NCBI GenBank assembly: GCA_976551045.1 | Contig: CDPCPM010000076.1 | Coordinates: 34,100,001 to 34,164,000 of the forward strand | Source: Glaucostegus cemiculus | Taxonomy: Eukaryota | DNA: 64,000 nt | Direction of reading: 5' to 3' | Shown here: positions 1 through 13,700 of the stretch, piece by piece | Position numbering within the stretch: position 1 is the stretch's first letter | Layout of the letters: each line of letters begins with the position of its first letter | Translations under genes and position numbers: made by a program | Notes under the pieces: generated by a model | Databases searched by the model: none | What the model was told of the DNA's origin: nothing | What the model saw: only the letters and a program-made list of their open reading frames with translations

Positions 1-190
1 ATCACCTACCAGCCCCTCTCTCACCTCTCCCTCTCACCTCTTTATACTTATTCCACACCCTCAGACCTAATGCAGGGACATGACCCAAAATGTAGACTAA
101 TACTTTGCCTCCACAGATGCTGCTTGACCCAATGAGTTCCTGCAGCAATTTTTTTGTAGCTCTCGATTTGAGCATCTGCACTCTCTTGTG
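1..190 (+). mobile_element. Penelope pLTR remnant
   Basis: ccacagatgctgcttgacccaatgagttcctgcagca tail shared with other pLTR copies, preceded by a degenerate hammerhead-like segment. Confidence 0.65.
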
Positions 191-194
191 TCTC

Positions 195-690
195 CCTCAC
201 AGTTTCATGTCTTCTTCTTTGGCAGACCCTCAGGACTGAGGACAACTTGCTTCCATTCTGATTTTGTGGAGTCTGAAATGGCTGATAAGGTCAATGTGGG
301 AATGAGCAGGTGATGGCTGACATGGCAGGTGGGTGGTTAGTTTGTGAGGTGCTGTGTTGCTTTTGCTGTTCACTCAGTACTCCCGATGCATTGACATGAG
401 ATTCTCAACACCATCTTGAATACTCCTTCTCCATTTTGAGCAGTCATGGGTCAAAGATCAATAGGAATTTTCACTTTCCCAAGGAGCATTTGAGCACATC
501 CTGGAACATTTTCTTTTGTCTGCCCAGTAATCCTTTTCCATGACAGAGTGCCTGTTTCTGGAGCCTGAGAATGCAAACAAAGTGCCTGCAGTGTAATTAG
601 GAACTTTGTAGCTGAGTATGGTGACCCAGGAGAGGACATTGATGTTGTTCTTTATCCTTCCAGTGAATACTTCAATTACTCTGAGCATGC
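195..690 (-). mobile_element. RTE-clade LINE 3' fragment
   Basis: Homologous to 4200-4560 (tcatgggtcaaagat...catttgagcacatcctggaacattttc). Confidence 0.6.
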
Positions 691-1567
691 TGAACCCAAG
701 ACTAGGGGCTATTTACCCAATAATGTCATTTAGGGGCAGGTTGAAAATAGCCTCAGTGCACCACACTTGAAATGTAGAAAAGGAATTTCTAGACTTGTTA
801 TTCAGGAACTGTTGGAATTCGTGATAGCGTTTCCATGATGGACAGTTTGTGAAACTTAAATTGAGTTGTCAACTGGGATATCACACAGTTTGTAGAGGTA
901 ACTGTATGTTCCTACCACCCTCTTTCCTGATGACATTTTTAACAACCCTGGGATTTTACATACAAGACATAAATTTCACTCTGAACATCATTTGGGAGAC
1001 TTCACATTGCAGAGACTTGCAATCAAAAGCTCAGCCACTGATAAGAAGGTTAATTTCATTGTCGCCTTCAACAGCTATTGTCTTCTGGCATAAGAATACA
1101 TGTCTGGCTTAATCACACATGATTCTTGTGGCGCTACTCTAGTTATTAATGGAAGACTAGTTGTCTAAAGATGTGGACTTTCTTCACTGGCTGTCAAAGA
1201 GAGCTGCAGTATCCTAACACTGAACAAATTAATTTCTCACACCAGTTTCCCACCTATTTAGCTCTTGTGTAAGTTTTCACCAGCTTTCCTTTGTGGAGCC
1301 AATGACACACGACAGCTTGCTAGTTAATTTAGGCAAAGGCCCTAATGAAATTGTACTGCTTTCTGTGCATTGTTTAAATTGACACACCCACATAACATGA
1401 CCAAACAAGATTGGTAGGGCTTGTACTATTGCTGTAGGTGCTTTTAATTGGTCATGTCCATTTGAAGCAACATTCTTTATAGTAGGCATTGACATCATTG
1501 GTGGGTCCTTCTTAACCACTTGTGGGCTGGGCAAGACCTTTCTGCATTCAACCAGCATCATAGGATC

Positions 1568-1735
1568 ACAAGAGACTGCAGACGCTGGAATCTGGAGCAG
1601 CAAATAAGAAGGTGGAGGAACTCAGCAGGTCAGGCAGCATCCGTGGAGGGAAATGGACAGTTAACGTTTCGGGTCGAGACCTTTCACCTGGACTTCATCT
1701 GGAGTGAAGTTCCTCCAGCTCCTTCTTTGTAGCAC
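1568..1735 (-). mobile_element. Penelope pLTR remnant
   Basis: Minus strand AGTC CAGGTGA AAGGTCTCGACCC GAAAC GTT AACTG (1694-1658) plus the shared tail. Confidence 0.7.
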
Positions 1736-2234
1736 CACAGAATCTCGTGATAACCCAGCCTGAAGCTATGGTGCAGAGCAAACCATGGCATACATTGTGA
1801 ATGTGAGTCCAATAGCCATATGCAACACAGGCTGGAGGGGCTTCATGAGTTACACCTGGCCATCATAAGTGCAATTGCATACCTGAGGGTTTATGTAACT
1901 GTCAAAAGAAAAGATAATTTTTAACCACCAGGAAATAGTAGATGAATACACTCACTCGTTACAAAGTGTGACTTGCTCCAGTCACTGACAACCAGTGACA
2001 GAGCTGTGAGGTACGTTGCTTACACGCTTGATATTACTAGATAATCTGGCATTGCTGTTTTCAGAGAACACATTGCACAAACAACTGAATGCAATTTCCA
2101 AATATTCATCATTTGTAGACTTGCGGACCAAACCTGCTCTAGGCTAGAACATCTTCAAGCTCCTGACACCCCTGCTTCCTTGTAGCTGTGTGACTAAGCA
2201 CACTTGAGGACGGTAGAACACAGAGATTTAATCC

Positions 2235-2850
2235 CTGTCAGTACAGGGTTCAAGTTGCACTCCAGAGATTTTTCAGCAGTATACTGCAAGAATGCTACAC
2301 TGTTGAGAACGCCAGCTTTCAAAATCCAATCTTCTCCATCAAAGTGACATAAAAGATTCCATGGAACAAATTAAAAATGAGCAGAGTAGTTCTCCTCATT
2401 GCCCTGACCAATATAAACCACCCAGCCAACATCGATAAAGCAGATTATCAGGTCTCTATATCGGGCGGCACGATAGCGTAGCGGTTAGCGCGACGCTGTT
2501 ACAGCGCCGGCAATCAGGGTTCGATTCCCGTCGCTGACTGTAAGGAGTTTGTACATTCTCCCGTGTCTGCGTGGGTTTCCTCTGGGTGCTCCGGTTTCCT
2601 CCCACAATCTAAAGACATACGGGTAGGTTAATTTGAGGGTTTAAAATGGGCGTCGTGGACTCGTTGGGCCGAAAGGGCCTGTTACCATGCTGTAAATAAA
2701 ATTTAAATTTAAATTTCTATTTGTGGGATCTTGTTATCCATAAATTGAATGATGCATTTCTTGCATTAAAATAGTAGCTTCGTTTCAGAAGTATTTCACT
2801 GTTTATAAACATCCTAATGGCATGGAAGTGTTCTGTAGTCTTTCTCTTCT
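2235..2850 (+). mobile_element. Old Deu-domain SINE (SacSINE1/AmnSINE-like), split by the V-SINE at 2463-2716
   Basis: gggttcaagttgcactccagaga...taaaagattccatgg...gagcagagtagttctcc...gcagattatcaggtc then tttgtgggatcttg...cattaaaatagt, matching my recollection of the DeuSINE consensus. Confidence 0.6.
2463..2716 (+). mobile_element. tRNA-derived V-SINE (HE1-like), young and CpG-rich
   Basis: A box TAGCGTAGCGG, B box GGTTCGATTCCC, V-domain core GTGGGTTTCCTCTGGGTGCTCCGGTTTCCTCCCAC, LINE-like tail and (aaattt)n end. Near-identical to 47397-47650. Confidence 0.9.
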
Positions 2851-3013
2851 CTTTTTTGTTCTGCCATCATCAACAGCTTTTGTTCTGATGAGCATTGTGT
2901 TCGACCTAATGAGTTCTTCTCTATGATAGTCTCCCAAATTGATAAATTTGATTTAGTTGTTAAAGACATTGGCTGCCGGTGTGTGTAGTGCTAGCAATAC
3001 CTCAAATACCCTT

Positions 3014-3312
3014 ATAGAGCTGTACAGCACAGAAACAGGCCCTTCAGCCCACCACATCCATGTCGACTTTCTTTGCTCAGATATTACCATCCAATTTGCC
3101 CACATATTGAACTGTATCCTTGTTTGCATTGCCTGTTTAAGTGTCTGTCTAAATGCCTCTTAAATGCAGTGATTGTATCTGATTCCAGCACTTTCTCTGG
3201 CAATAAGTTCCAGGTATCAACCACTCTCTGTGTAAAAACCAAACCCTTCAGATTCCCTTTAAAACTCCTTCCTCTCACCTTAAACCTGTGCCCTCTTGTT
3301 CTTAATACCACC
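3014..3312 (-). mobile_element. CR1 LINE 3' end
   Basis: RTRGHRFKVRG...FTQRVVDTWNLLPEKVLESDTITAFKRHLD plus tail gggctgaagggcctgtttctgtgctgta. Confidence 0.9.
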
Positions 3313-4129
3313 CCCTCCCTCCCCCAGCATAGAAAACAAAATATCATGAGGCATACTTGTGGCATTTCTATGTATATCTATATCATCCAATGGAAGTGGT
3401 ATTTTAATAACTTCTTGTAGATAGTTGGCTATCCGTAAGTAAAGGAGTTTAAAGGATGAGATGAAAGAATAGGGGAAATTGATTCTCTGTGTCCCCACAC
3501 TTGGCCTCCTCAATGGGTTCTATCCCAGAATTTATTGTATAAGATTATTGCCAATGTTAACAGCACCTCTGATGTCTGTTGTCTTTCTGTTTCTCTCTGC
3601 CCCTCTACTATGAACTGTGCTTTTTGTCTGTAGAAAGACAAAGCAAGTAATCGTAATTGTCAGGGGATGCACCATACAGCTACATTGGATGGAATAATCA
3701 CAATGGCCTGAAAGAATGCAAGAATGTTAGACAATCCTCTCCGGGAGAATCTGATGAGGGAAAGTCCTCTATCCTGAAAACACAGCACTCTCCCTCTTGC
3801 CTCACCATCTCCAACAGCATTACAATAACCCCATTAAAAATATATGGTATTCTGTGACCTTGGAACTTCTTCCAAATAAGAGAACTAAAAGGTGTGACAT
3901 TGCAAACTGCAACACATTTTAAAGTGCTGCAGGACTTTAAACCTTGTAGTAGCATGTGACTTCTTCTCAGTGAGACAGGGGCAGCAAATAAGATTATGTG
4001 AGTATCACTGCTGGAGTCAGCATACAGTGGGGTGAAAGGGTAAACTTCTTTCATGTTTCCACTTCCAATTAAATTCAGTCAAGAATTTGAAGCTATTTGA
4101 TTAAATGTTCCTTCTCTCCCTCATACCTA

Positions 4130-5960
4130 GGGATTATGGCTGACTTACTACCAGTTCAGTTTAGGTGTTCTGAGGTGACAAATGAGGCTCATATGGGAAC
4201 TGCAGACCCTTCCACAGATGGGGCAAAGAATGCCTGATGGGATGAATGAGTGGATAGTTTGTGAAGTGGTCTGTTCATTTCGCTATTTACACTGGGCTTT
4301 CGTGTGCTCCTGGTGCATGGATTTGAAGTGTTCGACACCATGCAGAATGCCCCTTCTGCCCTTTGATTGATCATGGGCCAGAGATTCCAGGAATCAGTGG
4401 GGACATTGCATCTCTTCAAGGAGCTTTGAGCACACTCTTGAACCTTTTCCTCTGAATGCCAGAGCTCAAAATAGATTGTTTGCTTTAAGAATCTGACCCT
4501 GGGCATGAATAAGAAGTGCCCTCCCTGTGAGAACACACTGATTGCAACTAGGACTGGGAGAGAACACTGACATTGGTTCACTCATCCTTCCGCTAAATAT
4601 GGAGGAGTTTGCAATCTCAGCATTAATGGTATATTTCCAATACCTTGAGGTATCTGCTGGAGGTAGTCCAAGTCTCAGAAGTATCCTAGGAGAGCAAGGA
4701 TGACTGTTGCCCAGTAGACTATATATTTTGTGCCATGTCTGAGGTGTCGAACATCAAATATCTTTTCCGTTACTCAACCAAAGACTGTGCTGGTGCAGTG
4801 AGGGAAGTGGTGAATTTCATCATTAATGTCTGCCTTCCTTGACAGGTTGCTTTGAGATATAAGACATGGTCCATGTTTTCCAGGTCTCACTATGAATCTT
4901 TATAGCTGGAGGGCAGTTATAATGGGAGCAAGGTAGTAGAGTACTTTGTTTTGTGAACATTCAATCTAAGGCCATTCTTTCATGTGGCTTTGGTAAAGGA
5001 GTCAAAGCTGGCTTGGAACTTGGCCTCCAAAGGCACTCAGTTGCAAGTTTCATTTGCACATTGCCGCTCGACTACAGGGTCCTGACCGTGGTTCTGGAGT
5101 TTTGTTCTCACTGATTCTGGAGATAAGCTCCTCTGCACTGGGAGGATTGTCAAAGGTGAGGTGCAATATTGTGGCTAGAAAGGTTGAGCAAATGACTGGG
5201 GCAATGATACAACCTCATTGGACACTGTTACAGACCCATTGGTTAATATCATGGGTTACACACCATCATGAACCAAATATAAGACTGAAACAAATTTTTC
5301 TTGACAGCCAAATTCGAGGGGGTTCCTCCACTGTCCTTCTTAGTTAGTGGAATCAAAGGCTTTAGTAAAGTCAAGGAAGGCTACATATGATTGTTAATGC
5401 TTCTCCCTACCCTTCTCATGAGATTGTTGCATTGTGAATATATTTACACTGTGCCTCTGGATGTCCAGAATCCACACTGTGATTCAGGGAGCAGTTCTTC
5501 AGCCATTGGGGAGAGACAGTTAAGAAGGATCCTGATGATGACTTGCCCTGTGGCAGACAGCGGGGAGACAGTTACCACAGTCAGCTCATCATTTTTGAAG
5601 ATTACGGCACCTCTGAGGTCCCTGATAGATCCTCCACCTCCCAGATGTGGGCAGAGAGGCTGAGGATGTGTGACTGAAACTCAAACAGGTGGATATGCTC
5701 TGCTCCCAGGGCCTTACTATTTTTTTTTTAGCTGGGACAGGACCTTTTCAACTCCTTATCAGTCAGTTGTAGCAAAGCTGGACTGAATAGGCTGATACGG
5801 ACTAGAGTCGAGAAGGCAGCCCTTTGGCCACTGGGGGGAAACAGTTAAGGAGGACCCTGGTGATGACTCACAGTAGGGACAGAATCACAGCTGAGGAAGT
5901 GTTCCTTCCAGCAAGCAATAACTGCTTCTCTGCTCACTTCCATTCTTGCCTCTCTGTGGG
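4130..5960 (-). mobile_element. RTE-clade LINE, decayed RT and 3' region
   Basis: Minus-strand YVAFLDFTKAFDS at about 5350-5388 and a C-terminal GGH..MP..R.LKQ..Y.EL...SLKRCNVPTDSW segment. Confidence 0.75.
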
Positions 5961-6329
5961 GTGGGGCCTTGAAAGTCTGGGCCATAGCTGGCCTTAGCAA
6001 CACTGAAGAACCCACACATGACACGACTTTCAGCAAGTCGTTTAATATTTCCAATAAACATATGACTGTCAATAATAAATCCAATAATTGAGGATCACCT
6101 TCTTTATCTGAATAGTTAGAACTTGAACTCACTACCATACAGAAAACCGGAGATGTGTTTAAGGGGAAGTGCAATAAAGAAGTGAGGGAGAATAAACAGA
6201 ATGATGAACTGATAGGGTTAAATAAAGAGGAGTTGGCAGGAGTTCATTTGAAACATAAACAATAGTGTGGACCGGTTCAGCTGAATAATCTGTTCCTGGT
6301 CCTGCACATCATATACATCACGCAACACA

Positions 6330-8075
6330 CACAAAATGCTAGAGGAACTCAGCAGGTCAGGCAGCATCAATGGAGGGAAATAAATAGTTGATGTTTCGGG
6401 TCGAGACCCTTCATCAGGACTGGAAAAGAAGAGGGCAGAAGCCAGAATTACCCGGAATGGAAAGCCTCATCATGGGAACAGATGCGGCAGAGGTGGAGGA
6501 ACTGGGAGAAGGGGACGCCATCCTTACAAGTGACGGGGTGAGAAGAGGTGTAGAAAAGGTAACTTTGGAAGTCAGTGGGTTTGTAAAAGATGCCAGTGGA
6601 TAATCTGTCTCTGGAGATGGAGACAAAAGATCCAGAAAGAGGAGAGAGGTGTCAAAGATGGACAAAGTGAATCTGAGGGCAGGGTGGAAGTTGGAGGCAA
6701 AGTTGATGAAATTGGTGAGCTCAGCGCAGGTGCAGGAAGCAGCCCCAATGCAGTCGTCAGTGTATTGGAGAAAGAGTTGGGGAGCGTTACTGATGTAGGC
6801 TTGGAACATGGACTATTCCATGTAGCTGACAAACAGGCTGGTATAGCTGGGGCCCATGAAAGTGCCCATGTCTACACCTCTGGTTTGGAGTAAGTGGGAA
6901 GAGCTGAAAGAGAAGTTGTTGAGGGTGAGTACCAGTTCAGCCATATGGAGTAGGGTGGTGGTGGAGGGGAACTGGTTGGGTCTGTTGTCTAGAAAGAAGT
7001 GGAGAGCCTTAAGGTCTTCCTGATGGGGGATGGAAGTGTACAGGGACTCGATGTCCATGGTGAAAATGAGGTGGTCAGGGCCGAGGAACTGGAAGTTGTT
7101 GAAGTAATGGAGAGCATGTGAAGTATCACAGGCGTAGGTGGGAAGGGACTGTGCCACGGGGGACAAAATGGAGTCAAGGTATGAGGACACAAGTTCAGTG
7201 GGGCAAGAGCAGGCAGAAACAATGAGCCTACCAGAGCAGTTGGGTTTGTGGATCTTAGGGAGGAGGTGTAGAAATGGGCAGTGCAGGGTAGGGGAACTAT
7301 GAGGTTGGAAGCTGCAGAGGGGAGAACTCCAGAGGTGATGAGGTCAGTGATAGTGCAGGAGACAATGGCCTGATGCTCCTTGGTGGGGTCCAGCTTGAGG
7401 GGTAAGTAAGAGGTGTCCGAAAGGTGACGTCTGGCCTCTGCAATGTAAAGGTCAGTCCGCCAGACTACAACAGCACCACCCTTGTCTGTGGGTTTGATAG
7501 TGAGATTAGGATTAGTGCAGAGAGAGTGGAGGGCAGTTCGTTCAGAGGCAGTGAGGATGGAATAGGTGAAGGGAGTGGTGCAGTCGAGACAGTTAGAGAT
7601 GAAATGATCCAGAGTGGGCAGAAGGCCAGGACGAGGTGTCAAAGGGGAGGAAGAGGGCTTAAGGTGGGAGAAAATAAGATAAGAAGTGGGGCGTGGGGAA
7701 TCCTTGCCGAAGAAGTAGGCCCAGAGACAGAGGCGACAGAAGAAGAGCTTGAAGTCATGGTGGGCGTGGAATTCATTGAGGTGTGGGCACAGGGGGACAA
7801 AGGTAAAGCCCCTGCTTAGGACAGAATGTTCTGCCTCAGAGAGAGGTAGGTCAGCGGGGATAGTGAAGACACAGCAAGGGTTGGAGCTGGGGTCAGAGGA
7901 GAGAGGAGAGTTAGAGGGGTCAGGGAAAGAGGGGTGGGAGGAAGATGGGGGCTCAGAAGAGTGAAGGGATAATGAGGGGTAGGGGAAAGCTTGAGAAACC
8001 AGGGGTGGGTGGGGAGTAGCGGTGGAAGGAGACTAGCATTAGGACCCAGTGGTGGTGTGAAAGGTCTCAGCCGGG
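6330..8075 (-). mobile_element. Penelope-like element, frameshifted RT region joined to a pseudo-LTR end
   Basis: Overlapping ORFs give PLE RT motifs IKPTDKGGAVVVW, FTMDIESLYTSIPH, QTRGVDMGTFMGPSY and QYTDDCIG. The endonuclease region is missing and the pLTR tail lies at about 6330-6450. Confidence 0.88.
6385..6422 (-). ncRNA. Minimal type-I hammerhead ribozyme motif in Penelope pLTR (partly decayed)
   Basis: Minus strand reads CAGTC CTGATGA AGGGTCTCGACCC GAAAC ATC AACTA: intact CUGAUGA and GAAA boxes, stem II GGGU(C)/(G)ACCC, NUH triplet AUC. Confidence 0.65.
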
Positions 8076-9704
8076 AGGCAGCCAGGACTGTCTTACATCA
8101 TGCATTCAATGTTCAATTATTTGCCACCTATACTTACCACTGTAGATGGTATCATATTTCTAAGCCATTGGCCTGAATGCTGATAATGGCAGAAAACTGA
8201 TATATTTGTAAAGGTAGGTGTTTACATAAAAAATATTATAATTTATCTTCCTGAACAGAGTCAGTGTTCCCAAAGCTGAGCAGAACAGCATTCATCCGCC
8301 CACACTCTAGTTCTGTGTAAATCTATCTGCAGTAATCTACTTCCCACTTGTCTTTCACACAGGGTGGTGTGCGCACCAGATAGTGCTCAGTTATTAGCAA
8401 GGAAAATGATGTAACTTTCAATAACATCCACCAGGTCATTGATAAAAAACAAAAGCTACATCAAGCAATTTTTCTGGAAGAAACCATCCCATCTGTTGCA
8501 ATAAGATAAACATCTGCTCTTGGTGAGGCTTGTGCCCTCTAATCAAGTTCACTATCCAGTTGAACAGCTCGTCAGATATGGTCACAGAGGCTGAGATGTT
8601 ATGACCTATGAAAAGCCCTAGAACCGTCAAGGCTGACAGCACAGACTTTTGTACCAGGCGCTGAGGGAATCACTCAGCTGCTGAAGCATGAGATGGAGTA
8701 TTGCAAGTTAACCAATTTGGGCTCAAGGAAAACTGTCAAACAGCAGCTTGACGTAATTGAGAGGTTGCAACAGCTACTCATTCACCTTCCTTCACATAAG
8801 ATCTGACACAACTGGCAATGTGAAGACCGGCCTACATTTATTGGGTGTAATTCATACCTTCTTGTGAAGAGACGTGATGTGAAGAATTTTCCACTCAGAA
8901 CAACAAAACCTGTGAAAAACAATGAAATAAAAACAGCAGGAAAGTAATTAGCTCTCATCGTCAGATTTTCTGGGTCCCCAGTGCGATGCCCTAAATGTCT
9001 TGTGCAATCTAATCTGAGCAGGCAAGTTGAAAAGGGAACCATTCTTGTATTTACATCTATATGTAGCATAATGGTTAAATTACTGGATTTGCATCTACTG
9101 AACCAATTCAGAGACAGAAGTTCAAATTCCACCATGATAGCTAAGGAATTTAAATTTGAGTATTTTAATAAATCTGGAATAATGCTGGTGTCTTTAACAG
9201 TGATCATGAAACTTGCCAAATGTCACAGAAACACAGCTGTTTACCAGTGCCCTTCCAGGAAGGAAATCTACTGTCCCTACACAGACTGGTCCTTGATCAA
9301 CTCCAGAACCAACAACATGATTGATTATTAATATTCTCTTCAATTCAGATTAATTGGGGACGGATGACAAATGCTGACACTGCCAGAAATGTCCACACCC
9401 TGTAAACAAATAAATAGGTGCAAAACACATCTGTGGAAGTATGAGCAGGTGTAGAGTGGGATAATTAAAAGACCTGCACTTCCACTCAAATATACCAATG
9501 CAACAGAAGACACAAGCATTACAATCCATCTTTTTGTCTACTGTTGCCATGGTTTGTGGGGATGAGAGCGAGCTACAAATTAGTTTAATGCAAGCATTGG
9601 AGCGTGACAGCACATTTGAAAATAGGCTTGTTTTTTAAATCTGTACTTGAGACCAGGGGACAATTAATGGTGACACGTTTCCCTGAGGTTACATATCGCT
9701 GAGG

Positions 9705-10090
9705 AGAAACTAGAGACTGCAGATGCTGGAATATGTGGCCTTTGTATTCCTGCTTATCACCCTCCAGCAGCTATATCCACCTTCACCCCCCCACCCCACC
9801 CCCACCCACATGGCTCCATCTGCCTTTTTTTGTCTTTCTCCATATATCATCCACCTGCCTCTGTCTCCCAAATCCACTCCTCTCCCTCCCTTACCTGGAT
9901 CCATCAGCCCGTCAATCTTCAGCCCTCCTCAGTCATCAATCATCCACTGGTCTCTGTCTCACCATTTGCCGTCTCCACTCTCAATCCTGATGCAGGGTTT
10001 CAACCCAGAACATCAACAATACCCTTCCACCCCCACCCCCACAGATGCTGCTCAACTCACAGATTTCCTCCAGGAGATTGTTTGTTACAT
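9705..10090 (+). mobile_element. Penelope pLTR unit with short inverted 5' piece
   Basis: Begins gagactgcagatgctggaat (inverted tail), has a pyrimidine-rich body, then ctgatgcagggtttcaaccc...ccacagatgctgctc. Confidence 0.65.
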
Positions 10091-10724
10091 GTACCTGACC
10101 TGAAAAGATGGTGTCAGTCAAGACAATATCTGGACTGTTGGTGGACAGACCTGTGAAAGTCCTGCCAGTTGAGAATCTGTACCATTTTGTCCAGACCACT
10201 GAGCTTCAGAAATCATCAAAGCTTTGTTTCAAACATAGGCCAAAGACCTGAACTCCTAAGGTGAAAAGAGTGAATAGCCTTGACATCAGAAACATATGAC
10301 TGAATGTGACATCAAGGAACCCTGGTAAAACAGAAGTCAATGGGCACCAAGAGGAAAATACTCCAGTGGTTGAAGTCATACCTTGAAGAAAGATGGTCAT
10401 GTTGTTGGGGGTCCATTACATTAGCACCAGGGCATCACCTTAGAAGTTCCTCAAATCAGTCTGAGGACAACCCATCCTCAGCTGCTTCATCAAGAAACTT
10501 CTTTGTATCATCAGGTCTGAAGAGGGATGTCTGGTGATGATCACACCAACTATGAGCCACAAATTGAGAGTTTAATGGAATATGCTTCATTCTCCTGCAA
10601 TGGTACAGTTCCAACAGCACTCAAGAAACTCAACATCATCCAAGTCAATGGAACTAGTTTGATTAGCACAACATCCACAATCCTGAATTCCCATTTGCCC
10701 CACCATTACTGTAGACTGTACCTC

Positions 10725-11202
10725 ATGCTTGCATTGGAGACAGTGCAGAGAAGATTCACTTGTTTGATTCCTGGGGTGAACAGCTTACTTTAGGAGTAAA
10801 GTTGACCAGTTCAGTAGAATGACAAGTAATCTTATCAGAATACATAAAATTCAGCAGGGGGTTGACCGGGTGGATGCTGTGAAAATGTTTCCCCTGGTAA
10901 GGGTATCTAGAACAAGGGGGCAGCGTTTCAGAATAAGGGGTCATTCATTTAAGAAGGAAATGAGGAACTTCTTCTCTTAGACGGTTGTGAATCTTTGGAG
11001 TTCTCTGTCCCAGAGAACTGTGTGAGGCATTAAATATATTCAAGGCAGAGTTTAACAGACATTAAAACTACAAGGGAATCAAGGAGTATGGGAAGAGAAC
11101 AGGAAAATGGTACTGAGGCAAATATTGGATCAGCCATGGATGGTGGAGAAAGCTAGAAGGGCCAAATGGCCTACACTGCCTCCTGTTCCTCATGTTCTTA
11201 TG
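10725..11202 (+). mobile_element. CR1 LINE 3' end nested in an older LINE (about 10100-11530)
   Basis: LALETVQRRFT.LIPG, tctagaacaagggggcag, ggttgtgaatctttgga and tail gggccaaatggcctacactgcctcctgttcctcatgttctta. Confidence 0.8.
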
Positions 11203-12317
11203 TACAAGATGCACTGCAATTACTTCATATGCTGTCAACAGCAGCTTACAAACATATGACCCCTCCCATATAGAAGCACAAAGGCAGCAAGTGCATGGCA
11301 ACAACACAACCTTCAGATTCCTCGCCATGGCACACACTTGGAAATATGTTGATGGTCCTTCACTTTTGCTAGGTATAAATCCTGGAGCTCCCTCCCCGCA
11401 TTATTGAATAGCCTCACCACAAGTATTGCAATGGTCGACAAGGCTACTAGCCACCATCTTCCAAAGACATTGAGAGATGGGAAATAAATGCTGACATTTC
11501 ACAAAGCCTGCATCTCATCAATGAATTAATGAGGAAAAGAAAATCTGGCTCCATTCAAAATTTGAAGGATCATCTGTTCTCAACCTTTTCAAAGACTCTT
11601 TTTTTAAATGTCATTTAACTTGTGCTTATCAAGCTATTTAAGTTATGATGCTTTGATTGATGTCTGGTGCTAATCCCCACTTAAAATACTGTTTGGTTTA
11701 AGACAATATTTAACTCTTCCACTGTGCAAGTGGTTGTATGGTGGCTCCTTCTCAAGAAGAATTGTTTGGTTGTCTGAAAGTTGCAATAAATTTAACTATA
11801 ATCTCTCAAGATTTATAGAACCATTGCATCATAGAAAATACACTGCACAGAATGAGGCCATTCAGCCTATTATGTTCATGTCAGCTAAAAAAGAACCACC
11901 TAATCTAATTTTGTAACATACACAAAACAATCTAACTGTTTGGAATTAATCTTGGTTTTATGACACTGAATGAGTTAACAACAGGACGTTGGCACATTGG
12001 ATCCAACTTGCCAAATATTTCCAATTGTACCTAAAGGCTTTCTTTCGCCAGATTGTCATTGGTAAGCCAATGCAAATGTTTAGCTACTTGGATGGGTTGA
12101 AGGACTCTGCAATATTGGCTGTGAGTTTGAATCACAATAGAATTTGGATCTCCACTGGAACATCTCTTGGAAGCAGTTAACTGCCATGTGACTCTGGCAC
12201 ATGGTATCCTTTATATTCCACTGAAAAAGAACTTGGATGCAGGAAACCTAGTGAAAAATGCATTATTTGAGTAATTCATGAATATTAACCTATGTGAAAT
12301 CTAATAAGCTACCTCTG

Positions 12318-12460
12318 GGAGGAAGGAGGGAGGAGAAGGTAGGGGTAAAGAGAGATGAGGGAGGGGAGGGGAAAGACAATGGTTGGAGGAGGATAAGAAG
12401 GAAGAACAAGGAGAAGTGAGAAACAATAAAGAAGGAGGAGGGATGAAAGTAGAAGATCAA
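12318..12460 (+). repeat. GA-rich low-complexity tract
   Basis: Nearly pure purine run (ggaggaaggagggaggagaagg...). Confidence 0.8.
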
Positions 12461-12779
12461 CATCAATACAAAAAAAAAGCAACCTATTCCTTATTTTTGG
12501 TCACTGCATTGGAGTGAACCAGACACTGCCATTAGCAACAAAGAGGAACAACCCAGGGCCAAGTGAAGCTGAGCACCTCAATTTCTGACCCTTGAACTAT
12601 GGCTTGAATGTATGGGCACCAGCTGAAGGACTCTTCACCATTGTACTTGGAGGGGTAAAGATTTCAATCCATAAGCCAAGTTCAGATTCAAATTGTGGTC
12701 CCAGAAGTGAAATGGCAACTGACGCATCTACCCAGCATTACGTTCCATTTCACGCACTCCTGAAATTTCATTCAGCTAC

Positions 12780-13700
12780 AAATGTGGACAAAAGCAAAGA
12801 CTGCTGGGAACACACAACAGCTCAGGCAGTATCTGTGGATAGAGAATGGGAGCAAACTTTTCAAGTCCGTGTTCTTTTTTTAAAACTGGGAAAATGCAAC
12901 AAATGGGGCCCAGGGATAACACAGTCAGAAAAGAATGGTGAGAAGAATAAAAGAGATGGAGAGATTCCTCTTTTTTGCACTATTTATTTATTTTTGTAAT
13001 TTATGGTAATTTTATGTTTGCACTAGACTGCTGCCGCAAAACAACACATTTCATATCATCTAAGTCAGCGATAATAAATCTGATTCTGATTAATTCTGAT
13101 TCTGGAGCTGGGGTATGGTAGGGCGGAAGGCAAGGGAAATTAAATGAGTTGATCAGGTAAGACATGAATGGGTAATAATAATACAAGAAATACAAGAGAG
13201 GTCCAAAATGGAAAAAACAGGATCTTTACCAACACTAGTTCAGAATGGGGGTGGTGATTATACAGCAATTATTGAAATCATTGCTCATGAATGCAAAATA
13301 TCTCAACAAGAGATGAACTCCCATTCCTCATACTCTACTTCAGGAGGATGAGGATAGTGAGGTCAAAGTGGGAGTGGGGCACAGGTAAATTGGCAACTCG
13401 CCTGAAGTTCAGGATCTGACATGCAAACTGAATGAAGAACAAAATGATCTCCCAAATCTGAGAAGACTGCATCACTAAAAAACCTAAAGTGGAAGAAATG
13501 AAAGAGTCTCTGGACTGTGGGGAGTCGGATCTCCCGAGTTTGCACAAAAATGTGCCATGGGAAGGAATGGGAGGTTGAAGCTGATGGATGAATGGACCAG
13601 AATTTTGTGGAGAAATCGGTGCCCTTGAATGACTGAAAGTGGAGTAGAGTAGATGATAGATTTGATGGTTCCATCATGCAAAAGGTGTTGGGAATGGTAG
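12780..13700 (-). mobile_element. Highly decayed Penelope-like fragment with a nested plus-strand LINE 3' tail (about 12975-13103)
   Basis: pLTR-like end at 12790-12890 and a degenerate endonuclease-like region at about 13270-13470. The inserted tail has AATAAA followed by (tctgat)n. Confidence 0.5.

Noticed and set aside
2463-2535. tRNA-like sequence with A and B boxes (also at 26099, 31802 and 47580-47650)
   Set aside because: Each continues directly into the V-domain and LINE-like tail, so these are SINE heads and not tRNA genes.
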